This document shows positions 27,002 to 37,167 of a DNA stretch of 64,000 nucleotides, piece by piece. Made by a program: the position numbers and the translations under genes. Source of the stretch: Cenarchaeum sp. (GTDB taxonomy: Archaea; Thermoproteota; Nitrososphaeria; Nitrososphaerales; Nitrosopumilaceae); NCBI GenBank assembly GCA_965242695.1, contig CBDESU010000001.1:320001-384000 (forward strand), written 5' to 3'. Below the pieces are notes generated by a model, which saw only the letters and a program-made list of their open reading frames with translations, ran no database searches and was not told the DNA's origin. Each line of letters starts with the position of its first letter. Positions within the stretch are counted from its first letter, which is position 1.

Positions 27002-29032
27002 CTATGCGGCGGTGGGCGGCGGCAGCTCCTGTATCCCGATGCTCCCGAGGTACTCGTACGTGGCGTCGTAGAACGCCGGCCTGCGGGTCGGGTCGTCGCC
27101 GTCCCCCTCGGGCACGTATATCACCATGCCCTGCCTGGCGCGCGTCAGCAGGACGCGGTACGCATTCTCGCGGTACCGCCGCCAATCCTCGGCGTTGATG
27201 TTCACCCACCGCGTGCCGCGGAACCGCCTGTGCGACCAGCCGTCCCTGCCGTACCGCAGGTCGGCATCCCACGCCACGCATGCCCAGTCCACCTCCAGCC
27301 CCTGCGCCTTGAACTCCGTCGCGGCGTACTCCATGCTGTACGACGACTTTGGATCGCCCTTGCGGCCGAGGAACCACTTTACCGCGTCCACGGCCAGCCT
27401 CACGTAGATGCCGTGCGGCTGCAGGCGGAGGGACTGGGAGCTTGCCACGATGCCGTACCTCTCCGTCCCGCGCGCCATGCACCTCAGCCACTCCTTTGCC
27501 GCATCGAGCCGGCGCGTGCGGAACACCCGGTATTCTCCCAGCCTCCCGCACGCGCCCCTGGCGCCGGCCGCGTCGCGCCCCAGGAGCAGGTCGACGAACT
27601 CCGCCACGTGCGCCGAGCGGAACGAGCGGAGCGGGACGGACAGCCGGAGGGAGGGACGCGCGTGGACTTCGCCCCTCCCCCCGTCCCGCGCTCCGCCAGG
27701 CGGGGGACGCCGCCAGCCGGACGCGTCGGGCGTGTACACGTCCCACTCGGGGAACTTTTCGACCGCCTCGCGCCAGCCGGCCGGCCCAACCTCCCCGCGG
27801 TGTATCTCTTGGCTCTCGCCCATGAGGCATACTATGACGGCCCATCCCTTGTGCCGGTCCATGGTTCCCATGAGCTGCTCGGGCTCGGACACCGATACGT
27901 CCGTCCTGCCGTGCTTCTTCTTCATGTAGCGGGCCAGCTCGTCCCTGCTCCATGTCCGCTGGGCCTCGTCGAACACCACGATCCTCTCGTGCGGCACCCT
28001 TGCGTTCCCAAAGTGGTCGTTGCGGAACACGTGCATCTTTTGTATGAACTTTGCCACTGCCAGCATCTCCTCCTTCTTGGTGATGCGCGGCGCGCCCGGG
28101 CCGCCGGCCGCCGCCTCCTTCCTGCGCCTCACGCCGTCGCGCACCAGCGCCTCCTGCAGCACGCCCACGAGGTACATGTTGCCCGACAAGAACACCGAGT
28201 CGCCCTCGTGCGCGCGGTTGGCACCGCCGGCCAGCTCCATTCCCGCCAGCGTCTTGCCGGCGCCCGGGACGCCGGTCACAAAGCATATCGACTTTGCGTC
28301 TCTGCGGCGCGAGTCCCCGACAATCCGCTCGACCTCGGCTACTGTCCTGGCCAGGTTCTCGGCCCCGGCGTCGTTCTGCCTAATGTCCCTCACTGTATGC
28401 CCCTGGTACAGCATCCGTGCCGCCTCTATGATCGTCGGCGTCGGGCTGTATCCGGCCGCCTCCCAGGCCGCCGCGTCAATAGGGGCGGCGGCCCTTGACG
28501 CGGCCGCCATCCTCACGATGTCCCCGAGGTTTCCGCCGCTGGACTTTAGCACGCCGGCCACGTTGCGGTCCCACTCGACCCCGTCGCGGACGGGGCCTGC
28601 CTTGGTGGCCACCAGCACGGGCACTACGGGCGCATTCCTGCTCTCCGCATGGAAGTACTTTATGTACAGCGCATAGTCCATGACCTGGTCCATGTCGGCC
28701 GCGGCGTACGCTCCCTTGCCCGCCTTGAACTCTAGGACGAACACCATGCCGGATGTGATCACTACCGCGTCGACCCTCAGCCCCGTGCGCGGTATGCCGT
28801 ACTCCAGCAGTATGTGGCCGTCCATCCCTGCCAGCTGCTCCTGCAGGATGCGCACTGTCTCAGCCCACGCGTCCCTCTCGCTCTGCGGCAGGTCGAACCC
28901 GTGCCTGCCGGAGAGCCTGCCTAGGACGGTGTCGAGATCCTCCGCCAGAAACTGCGCAAGGGCGCTAGAGTAGTACGACCTGTCCAGGCCGGGGCCACCG
29001 GCATCCGGCGCCCCGTCGGATTCCCGCGGCAC
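27002..29032 (-). CDS. DUF2075 (Schlafen group 3-like helicase) protein with N-terminal nuclease-like domain
   Basis: RVDAVV...LEFK, GVPGAGKT, FDEAQR, QGLEVD, YRVLLTRARQG. Confidence 0.9.
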   Translation of the reverse strand: MPRESDGAPDAGGPGLDRSYYSSALAQFLAEDLDTVLGRLSGRHGFDLPQSERDAWAETVRILQEQLAGMDGHILLEYGIPRTGLRVDAVVITSGMVFVLEFKAGKGAYAAADMDQVMDYALYIKYFHAESRNAPVVPVLVATKAGPVRDGVEWDRNVAGVLKSSGGNLGDIVRMAAASRAAAPIDAAAWEAAGYSPTPTIIEAARMLYQGHTVRDIRQNDAGAENLARTVAEVERIVGDSRRRDAKSICFVTGVPGAGKTLAGMELAGGANRAHEGDSVFLSGNMYLVGVLQEALVRDGVRRRKEAAAGGPGAPRITKKEEMLAVAKFIQKMHVFRNDHFGNARVPHERIVVFDEAQRTWSRDELARYMKKKHGRTDVSVSEPEQLMGTMDRHKGWAVIVCLMGESQEIHRGEVGPAGWREAVEKFPEWDVYTPDASGWRRPPPGGARDGGRGEVHARPSLRLSVPLRSFRSAHVAEFVDLLLGRDAAGARGACGRLGEYRVFRTRRLDAAKEWLRCMARGTERYGIVASSQSLRLQPHGIYVRLAVDAVKWFLGRKGDPKSSYSMEYAATEFKAQGLEVDWACVAWDADLRYGRDGWSHRRFRGTRWVNINAEDWRRYRENAYRVLLTRARQGMVIYVPEGDGDDPTRRPAFYDATYEYLGSIGIQELPPPTAA

Positions 29033-29155
29033 GAACCCGCGCCTGCCGCGCCGAATATAACTGACCTGGTTGTGCGGCCTGGCAGGATGCGCGGGGCTGG
29101 TCCGCGGCAAGGCGCCGCTGCGCCGTCACGGGGGCGCCCGCTGCGGGCTTGGGCC

Positions 29156-29716
29156 TCACTCAGCGGGGGGATCCCTGAGGCTGCGGCGGTACGCGTCGCG
29201 CGCAGGGAGGCTCCTCGACCTTCCCATCTCTACGAGGCGCGCCTTTTCGACATTGAGGCGGCCGGCGCGCCTCAGCGCGTTGATGCGGAACACCATCTCG
29301 GCGTACAGGCTGAAGGGAACCTCGTCGATCACCTCCTCGTCCGAAAAGGAGCCAAAGTCCAGGTACGCCCTGACGCTGCGAAGCGGCACGCCGAAGTCGC
29401 GGGCGTACGCCTCCTTGTAGTTTGTGATCTCGAACTTGTTGGACACCGCCCGGTTGAAGTCTGCCAGTATCTTGCAGGCGGCCCACCGCCGCCTCGTGCC
29501 GACCCGCCCGCCGGCGCGGGACGGCGCGTCGGCCTTCCGGGCCGCCTCGACGGCCTCGAGGTAGGATGCCTTGAACTCATTTATGTCGGTCAGGAAGGAT
29601 GCGCCCGCCGCTTCAAAGTCGCCAATATCCACGAACACCTCGACGCCCTCGCTGCCGCCGTCGGGCTCTTCGGTCGTCTCGATCCTGACGGGGATTTTGC
29701 TAGCCATGCCGGTCAC
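29156..29716 (-). CDS. Hypothetical protein coupled to the GHKL ATPase gene
   Basis: Protein-like ORF with a GTGA overlap to the upstream gene. HTH-like segment YARDFGVPLRSVRAYL. Confidence 0.7.
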   Translation of the reverse strand: MTGMASKIPVRIETTEEPDGGSEGVEVFVDIGDFEAAGASFLTDINEFKASYLEAVEAARKADAPSRAGGRVGTRRRWAACKILADFNRAVSNKFEITNYKEAYARDFGVPLRSVRAYLDFGSFSDEEVIDEVPFSLYAEMVFRINALRRAGRLNVEKARLVEMGRSRSLPARDAYRRSLRDPPAE

Positions 29717-31143
29717 CACACATCCTCAGCCATGGTCAGCACCCTGTTCTGGATATCGAGGACCTCCTCGGCCCCCATCTCCCTCTTTGATGCCGCGTTT
29801 TTCAGCAGCACGGTGGTGACCACCATCAGAACGCGCTGGCTCCTTGCGGCCGTGACGCTTTTGTACTTTCTAAACAGCGGATGCTCAGTGTTTACGAGCA
29901 TGCGGCTAGACGCATCAAGCCACCCGTCACGCGGGTCGTTTGGCCTATTGACAAACGCTATGTACAGGGATCCACCGCCGCCCCTGCGTTTCCGTTCTCT
30001 CTGATCACCTGGCCGATCTCCTTGCCCCTCGGGACCGGTGCCCTCGCCGCCATTGCCGCCTGGCCCGCCTCTCTCCGCGCCTGCGCCGCCTGTCCCGGGG
30101 CCTTTCCCTGTTCCGCGCCCCCCGCCGGACCCCGGGTTCAGAAACGCAAAGTCGGGGTTCCTGAAGAGGTTGTCGAAAAAGCGCGTCAAGCCAGTCCTCT
30201 CCCACTTTTCAACCCCCGGATCCCTGACATACCCGGCCTTCTTCAGCTCCTCGAATATCCTGCGCCCCGACTCTTTGTATGCAGCCGCAACCGTGCCCGT
30301 GGGCTTGAATGCAGTCTTGCTCAGGTTAAGATGGCCGGATATGCGCGTTGCATCAACGTACGCGTGAACGCGCCTGGCATACGCTGGCGTTATATCTGCC
30401 ATCCAGTCCGGCTTCTTCGTGGTTATCACCTTGCCCGACACGTGGTACTGCAGGCCCTGTCTGTCGGGAGAGATGTCCGCCTTCGCCACCGTGAGCACAA
30501 CGGGTAGCCGCGCGCCCTTTACGGGGGCGGTAAACTTCTTTCGCATCTCGTGGCCCGGCATCCATGGCTCGACCTTGGCCCCGTTGACGTACACCCTCAG
30601 CCCCCCGTCAATTGCGGGGCCGAACACCTCTGCGATCAGGCGGGCGGCGGACTTGTCGAGGTCGCTGTAGTCGTCGGGCCTGAGCGTCACCCTGTACAGC
30701 GTCCCGCGCCTCTTGATGCTCGGCTCCACGTACCTGGCCTTGAGCTCGCCGCCGTCCACGTACATGTCGGACGCCCGGGGCGCGCGGCCGTCGGTCGTCT
30801 CCGTGTGTATGACGGTCTTGCCCCATGCGGCCAGGTACACCTTTGCCCCCACCCCCGCAAACCCGATCCCAGACCCCTTCGACTTGGACGACCTGGCGAT
30901 CACGTGGTAGTCCTCGAACTGCCTCTCGCTCATGGCCGGCCCGTCGTTGTGGAACGAGATGGACCGTGCCGCGCCGTCGAGCGACACGCGCACCGTCCTC
31001 GCCCCAACGTCGATGGCGTTGGCAATGGCCTCGGTCACCACCATCTCGGACGTCTTGTCGTACGCGTCTACGATGTCCTTGAGCGCATGCAGCGCGTCTA
31101 TCCTCATGACGAACTCGCGTCCCGCCTGAGCCAACGCGGTCAC
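29713..31143 (-). CDS. GHKL (HATPase_c, MutL/MORC-like) ATP-binding protein
   Basis: EAIANAIDVGA, NDGPAM, GIGFAGVGAK, RGT. The GTG start overlaps the methylase TGA. Confidence 0.85.
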   Translation of the reverse strand: MTALAQAGREFVMRIDALHALKDIVDAYDKTSEMVVTEAIANAIDVGARTVRVSLDGAARSISFHNDGPAMSERQFEDYHVIARSSKSKGSGIGFAGVGAKVYLAAWGKTVIHTETTDGRAPRASDMYVDGGELKARYVEPSIKRRGTLYRVTLRPDDYSDLDKSAARLIAEVFGPAIDGGLRVYVNGAKVEPWMPGHEMRKKFTAPVKGARLPVVLTVAKADISPDRQGLQYHVSGKVITTKKPDWMADITPAYARRVHAYVDATRISGHLNLSKTAFKPTGTVAAAYKESGRRIFEELKKAGYVRDPGVEKWERTGLTRFFDNLFRNPDFAFLNPGSGGGRGTGKGPGTGGAGAERGGPGGNGGEGTGPEGQGDRPGDQRERKRRGGGGSLYIAFVNRPNDPRDGWLDASSRMLVNTEHPLFRKYKSVTAARSQRVLMVVTTVLLKNAASKREMGAEEVLDIQNRVLTMAEDVW

Positions 31144-32390
31144 CGCCGTCCCCTGCCCCCGTTCCGGCGCCGCGCCGCCCCGGGCGCGGCGGTGGCCACC
31201 GCCATGTGGGCATGCAGGTGGTCCAGGACCGCCTCGCCGACCCTCCTCGCAAGCCACACGGGCACGGCGTCGGAGACCTGCTGCTGCATGTCGCTCATCC
31301 CGCCGCGGAACTTGAACCCGTCGGGAAACGTCTGTATCCTCGCGGCCTCCCTTACGGACAGGAGGCGGTCCTGGTGCGGGTGGATGATCATCGCCTTCCT
31401 GAAGTTGGTGATCGTGACGGACGGCCGGTTCCCACGAAGCCTCTTGTAGATCATGCTGTGGACCATCTCGAGCCTGGAGTACTTGCCGCCGACCTTCATC
31501 ATCTCTTCCGGTATGTCGTTCCAGTTGCCGCCCGGGGGCACCCTCCTCATCCTCTCCGTCACCAGCGGGGTGTTGCGCGTGACGACATGGTTTGCGATGC
31601 GGCCTCGCCTGCCGCGCATGGACCTGGTGAACGGGGTCCCCTCGCCAGGCAGGTAGCGCGCATCGTCGGATCCCGCGCTGCCCGGCTCGATGGGAGGCAG
31701 GTCGCATATGGCGTCGTCCAGGGTAGTGTACGGCGCAAGGCCGGCGTAGGACCCGATGCCGCCGGGCGCGCCGTGGGTCGGCCTCGGCTTTTCGATCCCG
31801 ATTTCGAACTTGGATCCCACTATGAACGCTCGCCTCCTCGCCTGGGGCACGCCGTAGTCCGCCGCGTTGAGCAGCCACGGCTCGGCGTTGCCGTACCCCA
31901 TGCGGCGGAACGACGAGATCAGCGACCTTGCCACCTCCCCGCCCTGCATGCCGAGCAGTCCCGGCACGTTCTCCATGATGAACGCAGCCGGGTTGGCGCG
32001 CCGTATCATATTCTCGTAGTGGCGCACCAGGTGGTTCATGGGGTTGTCCATGCTGCGCGTCATCTTGTTCTCCAGCGAGAACCCCTTGCACGGCGGCCCG
32101 CCTGCGACCAGGTCGACGCCGCGTCCCCCCGTCCTGCGGTCCACGGCGGACATGATCTTCCGCTTCGTGCCCTCCTCCTCGATGCTCCCGGGCACGAACT
32201 CGGTGCGCGGGTGGTTGGCCCTGTACGTCTCGCCGACCGCTGGGTTGAAGTCGTTGGCCACCACCACGTCGAACCGCAGGCCCCGGTTGCGCGCGTCCTT
32301 GATCCCCTGCGACATGCCGCCCGGGCCAGAGAAGAGGTCCAGGACGGCCAGGGTGCGGGAGTCCGCGCCGTCCGGTTTGCCGTGGATCAC
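31140..32390 (-). CDS. dcm: DNA (cytosine-5)-methyltransferase
   Basis: DLFSGPGG, GGPPCKGFS, MENVPG, YGVPQARRR, REAARIQTFPD. TATA about 25 bp upstream of GTG 32390. Confidence 0.95.
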   Translation of the reverse strand: MIHGKPDGADSRTLAVLDLFSGPGGMSQGIKDARNRGLRFDVVVANDFNPAVGETYRANHPRTEFVPGSIEEEGTKRKIMSAVDRRTGGRGVDLVAGGPPCKGFSLENKMTRSMDNPMNHLVRHYENMIRRANPAAFIMENVPGLLGMQGGEVARSLISSFRRMGYGNAEPWLLNAADYGVPQARRRAFIVGSKFEIGIEKPRPTHGAPGGIGSYAGLAPYTTLDDAICDLPPIEPGSAGSDDARYLPGEGTPFTRSMRGRRGRIANHVVTRNTPLVTERMRRVPPGGNWNDIPEEMMKVGGKYSRLEMVHSMIYKRLRGNRPSVTITNFRKAMIIHPHQDRLLSVREAARIQTFPDGFKFRGGMSDMQQQVSDAVPVWLARRVGEAVLDHLHAHMAVATAAPGAARRRNGGRGRR

Positions 32391-32523
32391 GCAGCCGCCC
32401 GCACGGGCCCACCTATTAACCGTTTGGGTACCAAAATGTACCCTTGACGACGACGGCTGCGCGCCCCGCAACACGCCTGCGCAGGCCGCGCACTCTTATA
32501 TCTGCATAGCGCTACCCGCTACC

Positions 32524-34170
32524 GTGTCGGATGCCCTCTGGTGGACCACCAGGCCCACGCGCGACCTGCGCGATCTTCCCGACTCGCTCAGGGCCTTTGC
32601 GGGCATCGCCGAGGGCGCGAGGTGGGCCGGCAACAGGGAGCTGCACCGGAGGTTCGAGGTCGAGAACCCCGCCAAGACGAGCCACTCTGGGACGCACGGC
32701 AGCGAGGGGGGCGGCGGGAGGACGTGGGCCGCGTGGCTGCGGCTCTGGGGCATGTGGTACGACAGCGGGCGCGTCACGCTGACGGATGCCGCCAAGCTTA
32801 TCCTGGGGGCAAAGAGGCCGGAGGATGTGCACAAGCAGATTGTGCACATGATCATGACGTTCCAGATCACCAGCCCGTACCACGAGGACCTGCCGCGTGC
32901 CGACTACTCGGGGTTCAGCGTCTTTCCGTTCAGGCTCATCCTCGAGATGCTCCTCGACGAGAGGGTCGGGCACCTGCAAGTCGACGAGATCGCGCTGTTC
33001 CTGCTGCCCATAAGGGACCGCTCGGAGTACGAGCGGGCCGTCTCGGAGATCGCGGCATGGAGGGAGGAGACGCGGGGGGCGGACGCGGGCGACAGGAAAG
33101 AAATGCTGATGCAGAGGGCCAAGGCGCACATGAAGAGGCACTACAAGGGGCGGTCGGACTCGCCCGGCACCGTGGGCGGGCACTGGAGGTCGTCCAAGGA
33201 CGTAGCCAACACGTTCGCCGTCAACATGAGCTACATAACAGAGATCAAGTACGACAGGAGGAGGGGGCGAATCTACGTGCCCGACGCCGACGCGCCAGCC
33301 GCGCGCGCCCTGCTTGAAAAGTATGCCGGCTTCCAGTTTTCGGGCCTGCACAAGTTTTCCGAGGCTACGTTCGCCAGGAGGTACGGCATGAGGTTCGACC
33401 GGCGCAAGGCGTCCGGCAAGCACACAAGGCCGCGCACGCAGGCGCGGAAGCGGCTTGCGCGCATATCCGATGCGATCGAGGATGCGCGCAGGGGCTCGGA
33501 CGGCCTGGCAGGCGACGCGCTGCTCGAGGCCGTCAGGTCTAGGACCGGCTACAGGACGGAGGAGATAACAGAGGCGCTGGGATCGGATCCCGCCGCGGCC
33601 GGGCGCGCCGCGGAGGGCGAGGAGGGGCAGATGGAGTCGCACTACATCCGCTGCGCGGGAAGCGGGGCGGAGCATGCAGAGTTCGAGGGGCTGACAAGGA
33701 GGCTGTTCGAGCTGATGGGGTTCAAGGTGCAAAAGACCAGGACGGAGCGGAGCGGGGGCGGATCCGCCGAGGTCGACGGGCTGATCCTCAGCGAAGAGGC
33801 GGGCATGTCGGGGATACTCGAGTGCAAGGGGGGCGGCAAGTACGCGTTCCCCGTGGGGGACTGCGAGAAGATGAAGCACGTGTACATAGACCGGTTCAAG
33901 TCGAGGATGGCGGGAGGCAAGAGATACGACCTGGACTTTTTCACCTACGTCGTCGGCACATCCGCCGGGGGAATGGCAAACTTCGAGGGGATTTGCAGGG
34001 AGACGGGGGTCGGCGGCTCGGTCATATACGCGCGCGACCTGTTCCGCCTCTACACGGCAGTCAAGGAGGGGCGGCTCAGCCCAATGGCCGCCTGGCGCAT
34101 GCTCAAGTGCAACCGGCGCGTCACGCAGCAGGACATCGAGGGGGAGGCGGCGGCGGCATCATCTCCGTGA
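32524..34170 (+). CDS. Type II restriction endonuclease, AlwI-family-like
   Basis: Divergent from dcm. SEGGGGRTW..LG, FQITSP, VFPFRLIL in the N-domain. C-terminal EFE...EVDG...ILECK. TTATA at about 32496. Confidence 0.75.
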   Translation: MSDALWWTTRPTRDLRDLPDSLRAFAGIAEGARWAGNRELHRRFEVENPAKTSHSGTHGSEGGGGRTWAAWLRLWGMWYDSGRVTLTDAAKLILGAKRPEDVHKQIVHMIMTFQITSPYHEDLPRADYSGFSVFPFRLILEMLLDERVGHLQVDEIALFLLPIRDRSEYERAVSEIAAWREETRGADAGDRKEMLMQRAKAHMKRHYKGRSDSPGTVGGHWRSSKDVANTFAVNMSYITEIKYDRRRGRIYVPDADAPAARALLEKYAGFQFSGLHKFSEATFARRYGMRFDRRKASGKHTRPRTQARKRLARISDAIEDARRGSDGLAGDALLEAVRSRTGYRTEEITEALGSDPAAAGRAAEGEEGQMESHYIRCAGSGAEHAEFEGLTRRLFELMGFKVQKTRTERSGGGSAEVDGLILSEEAGMSGILECKGGGKYAFPVGDCEKMKHVYIDRFKSRMAGGKRYDLDFFTYVVGTSAGGMANFEGICRETGVGGSVIYARDLFRLYTAVKEGRLSPMAAWRMLKCNRRVTQQDIEGEAAAASSP

Positions 34171-34302
34171 GGCAGGGTGCGAAGGGGCGGCGCGGCGTTG
34201 CCGAACATGGCGCGACAGGGCCGGATGGATCCGACCTGCGGCCGTTGTCTGTCGCGCGGGGCCGGAAAGGGCGCCTGTTTGCCTTGCGGGGCAAAAGGCA
34301 GT

Positions 34303-35321
34303 CTACTCGCCGGCCGGCGGCGAGGGCCTGCCGCGGCCATTCGGCCCGCCTGTGCGCCGCCCCGATCTCGGCCTGGACTCTGCCGCATCCGGCGAGGCCT
34401 GCACGGACTCTGCCGCATCCGGCGCCGGATCCCCTTTTCGTGCGACGAACATGTGGAGCGGGACGGCCGTGCCGCGCGTCGCCGTCCATCTGCGGCCGCA
34501 CTTTCTGCACCATGACCTGGGGCAGTGGGTCTCGATGACCGCGGAGGCCGGCCGCGGCTTTCTTTCCACCACGATCCTGCTCTCGTACCCGGTGATATCC
34601 CGCTCGCCGTCGCACTCTTCGTCCTTGCATGCGCGATCGTCGCCCTCGTCGATGACCGCCCGGCGGGTCGGCTTGTACTCGCGCCTGTGCGCCGTGTGGC
34701 CCGGCTGGGCGCCGGGCCTGCGCTTTTTTGTCCCCGCCCTTGCGGCTGCGGCGGCCTCCCTCTTCCTGGCCTCGCAGTCCCTCTTCCTGTCGGCCCTGCT
34801 CTTCGCCCCCGGGCGCGGAGGGGCCCTCGTGGTAGCGCAGCCTCCTCTTCATCTTCGCGTTCTCCGACCTCAGGTCCTTGATGGTCTTCGCATCCCGCTC
34901 GATCTTCCTGTCCTTGTTCCGCCCCGCGGATTTTTCCACCCTGAGTTCTTTCTCGAGCCCCTTGATCCTCTCGTTGAGCCCCCTGTTCTCCTCCTTGAGC
35001 CTGTTGACAACGGCCTGCCCGGCCTTTGTTATCCTCATTGCGGGCAGCGCCTCCTGTCGATCCCGGCGGCCGCCATGGCGTTCGGCCTGCATGAGGGTGT
35101 GCCGAAGCCGCTGCGGTGTCCGGCCCGTCCTCCGGGGGACCGTACTATAACTGCTGTCACCCCGGGCCCACATATCGACAGAATATAACCATTTGCGCCC
35201 GCGCCCGCCCCCGCGCCCCTGCAGCTCAAAAACTCAAAATTGCCGGCCGCCTGCAGCCCGCCCGGACTCCCTCCACGAGTGAATGCGGTCGCTGAAGCGG
35301 CTCAGGCCCGTGAACAGTTAC
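34303..35321 (-). mobile_element. Truncated, frameshifted IS66-family (ISBst12-like) element
   Basis: End GTAACTGTTCAC (minus strand, from 35321). Coiled-coil N-terminus, then in another frame PGAQPGH, C..C and CRKCG. DDE domain absent. Confidence 0.7.
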
Positions 35322-35357
35322 AGACGCCGAGATGTGCGATTGACAACCTCGGCGCTA
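35322..35357. repeat. 36-bp direct repeat, copy 2, wedged between the IS66 and IS630 ends
   Basis: Identical to 19536-19571. Confidence 0.92.
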
Positions 35358-37065
35358 TACTCGCTAGTTTAATCGTCTTCCTTTCTACCCCTGATGCCCA
35401 GAAACGTTGATTGCCAGAGAACTCTGCATCTGCCTTTGGATCGCGTGCGCCGGCCTTTGGATGGATCCTGCAAACCGCCGCCCCACAAGATGCGCCGCAG
35501 GTTCCGCGCCAGCGCCGGCCGATGGTAGAAGAGGCGGAGGAGGGGCGTCGGAGGGACGGGTGGGCGGGTGGTTGGTTGGACGGATGGTGTTCGCCCGCGT
35601 CGCACCCCTCGCGCCCGGCCGGGCGGTGCGTTAGGCTTTTGCGGCCGCCGGCACGTTCTTTTTCGGATTCCTGTACAGGAAGCTGTACAGGCCAAGCCTT
35701 ACCCTCATTGCCCTTGCATGGTCCATGACGGCCCAGCGAAGGGCCGCTAACGTCTTGTACCGATAGCGCTTTGTCACCGCGTCCTTGAGCAGGTTCCAGA
35801 ACGCCTCTATGACGCTCAGGTACGGCGACCCGACGGGCAGCAGGAACAGGCGCACGTCCCTGTCGGGGTGGCGCCTGCGAAGCTCGCGCAGGGCCCTCTT
35901 GGTCTCCGCTGAGCTGTTGATCGACGACTGGTCCACGTACAGGGCCATCTTGGGCCTCCTTGCCGAGGCCTCTTCCAAGAAGTCGATCAGGGTGAGGGAG
36001 TCGGCGTGGGCGTACTCGCGGACAGTGTGGGTGTCGTCGTCAAAGTATGCCCCGTGCACCGCGACGGTCTGGCGCGACCTGCCGCCCGGGAGCGCTGCCT
36101 TGCAGCCCCTCCTTATCCACATTCGGCCCGTCGCCCCGTCCATTCCGAGGAATGTCACGTCGAACACGCCCACGGCGTAGCCCTTTTCCCGGTACGGCTG
36201 CAGGCGCTCTTCCTGGCGCCACTGCCACGACCGCACGGCCGGCGGCCCGGCGTGGTTTTCCTGGGACTTTGAGAGCTTGTGGTACGTCACGCCGGCCTCG
36301 TTTATGAGCTTGTACACGTGGTGCAGGTGGTACGTCTTGCCGTGCTTGGCAGCTATGCGATCGCGCACGGTGGTCGCACGCGTCGCCCCGGTCGGCTCGA
36401 TCCTGCGGCGCGCGCAGCCGGGCGCGTGGCGCGGTCCCTTTGGGGGCGGCTTTAGGGGCCGGCAGCACTTGCACCTGCAGACCTTTCCCGCCCTGCATTC
36501 GCACTTGCGCGGCTTCACGCACTTGCCCTTGCACTTGCACGCCCTTGGCGGGGATCTGCGCCCTGTGCGCCGGTCCCCTCCCCCGGCGTCCTCGTCCAGG
36601 CAGGGGCCGCACGAGATGCCGTCCCCTCCCCCGCTGTCCACATCGGCGATTTCCGCCGTGTTCGACTCGAGGCACTCGTCAATCGCACTGGCAACGTCCT
36701 CCCTAGACACGTCCCTCTTTCGCCCCTGGCCGCCGCGGGCCCGCAGGCCCTCGGCCCCCTCGGCCAGGTAGCGCACGACCCAGTACCGAAGTATGCGGGT
36801 AGAGACGCCGTACAGGGCCGCCAGCCGCTTTTGCTTGATCTCTCTCTTGGGCTTTGCGGACTCTTCAAGCTCGGCCAGGACGGCGAGCAGGCGGACATGG
36901 TACGGTACGTACCTTACCTTGTCGAGCTCCGCGCGGATGTCGGCGTACTCGTCCTCCTCTTCGGGCTGGCTCATGCCACGTATGGCCGGACGCAGGGGTA
37001 ATGTCCGTTGTCAACAACATTTGACCAGGTGTCAAAAAAAAGGAAGTCGATTTTGCGCTTGAGTA
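35358..37065 (-). mobile_element. IS630/Tc1-family insertion sequence
   Basis: Flanked by TA (35356-57, 37066-67). Imperfect IRs TACTC-N8-AATCG-CTTCCTTT at both ends. Confidence 0.85.
35631..36974 (-). CDS. IS630-family transposase with a Cys-rich insert
   Basis: HTH (YGVSTRILRYWVVRY..G.EGL....GR), FD, YVDQ and SPYLSVIEAFW (DDE triad). Confidence 0.88.
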   Translation of the reverse strand: MSQPEEEDEYADIRAELDKVRYVPYHVRLLAVLAELEESAKPKREIKQKRLAALYGVSTRILRYWVVRYLAEGAEGLRARGGQGRKRDVSREDVASAIDECLESNTAEIADVDSGGGDGISCGPCLDEDAGGGDRRTGRRSPPRACKCKGKCVKPRKCECRAGKVCRCKCCRPLKPPPKGPRHAPGCARRRIEPTGATRATTVRDRIAAKHGKTYHLHHVYKLINEAGVTYHKLSKSQENHAGPPAVRSWQWRQEERLQPYREKGYAVGVFDVTFLGMDGATGRMWIRRGCKAALPGGRSRQTVAVHGAYFDDDTHTVREYAHADSLTLIDFLEEASARRPKMALYVDQSSINSSAETKRALRELRRRHPDRDVRLFLLPVGSPYLSVIEAFWNLLKDAVTKRYRYKTLAALRWAVMDHARAMRVRLGLYSFLYRNPKKNVPAAAKA

Positions 37066-37167
37066 TAGAGCCATCTTTTTCCACACCTGTTGCTTGGTGG
37101 ATCAGGATCGCCCTTGCAAGGTACAACTGCGGTAGGAGTGGATTGTCCATGATACGCGATGAACTGC

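Noticed and set aside
31144-32523. N-terminal extensions of the 899-aa and 710-aa ORFs
   Set aside because: They overlap the methylase gene. Better starts with TATA boxes or stop/start overlaps exist at 31143 and 32524.
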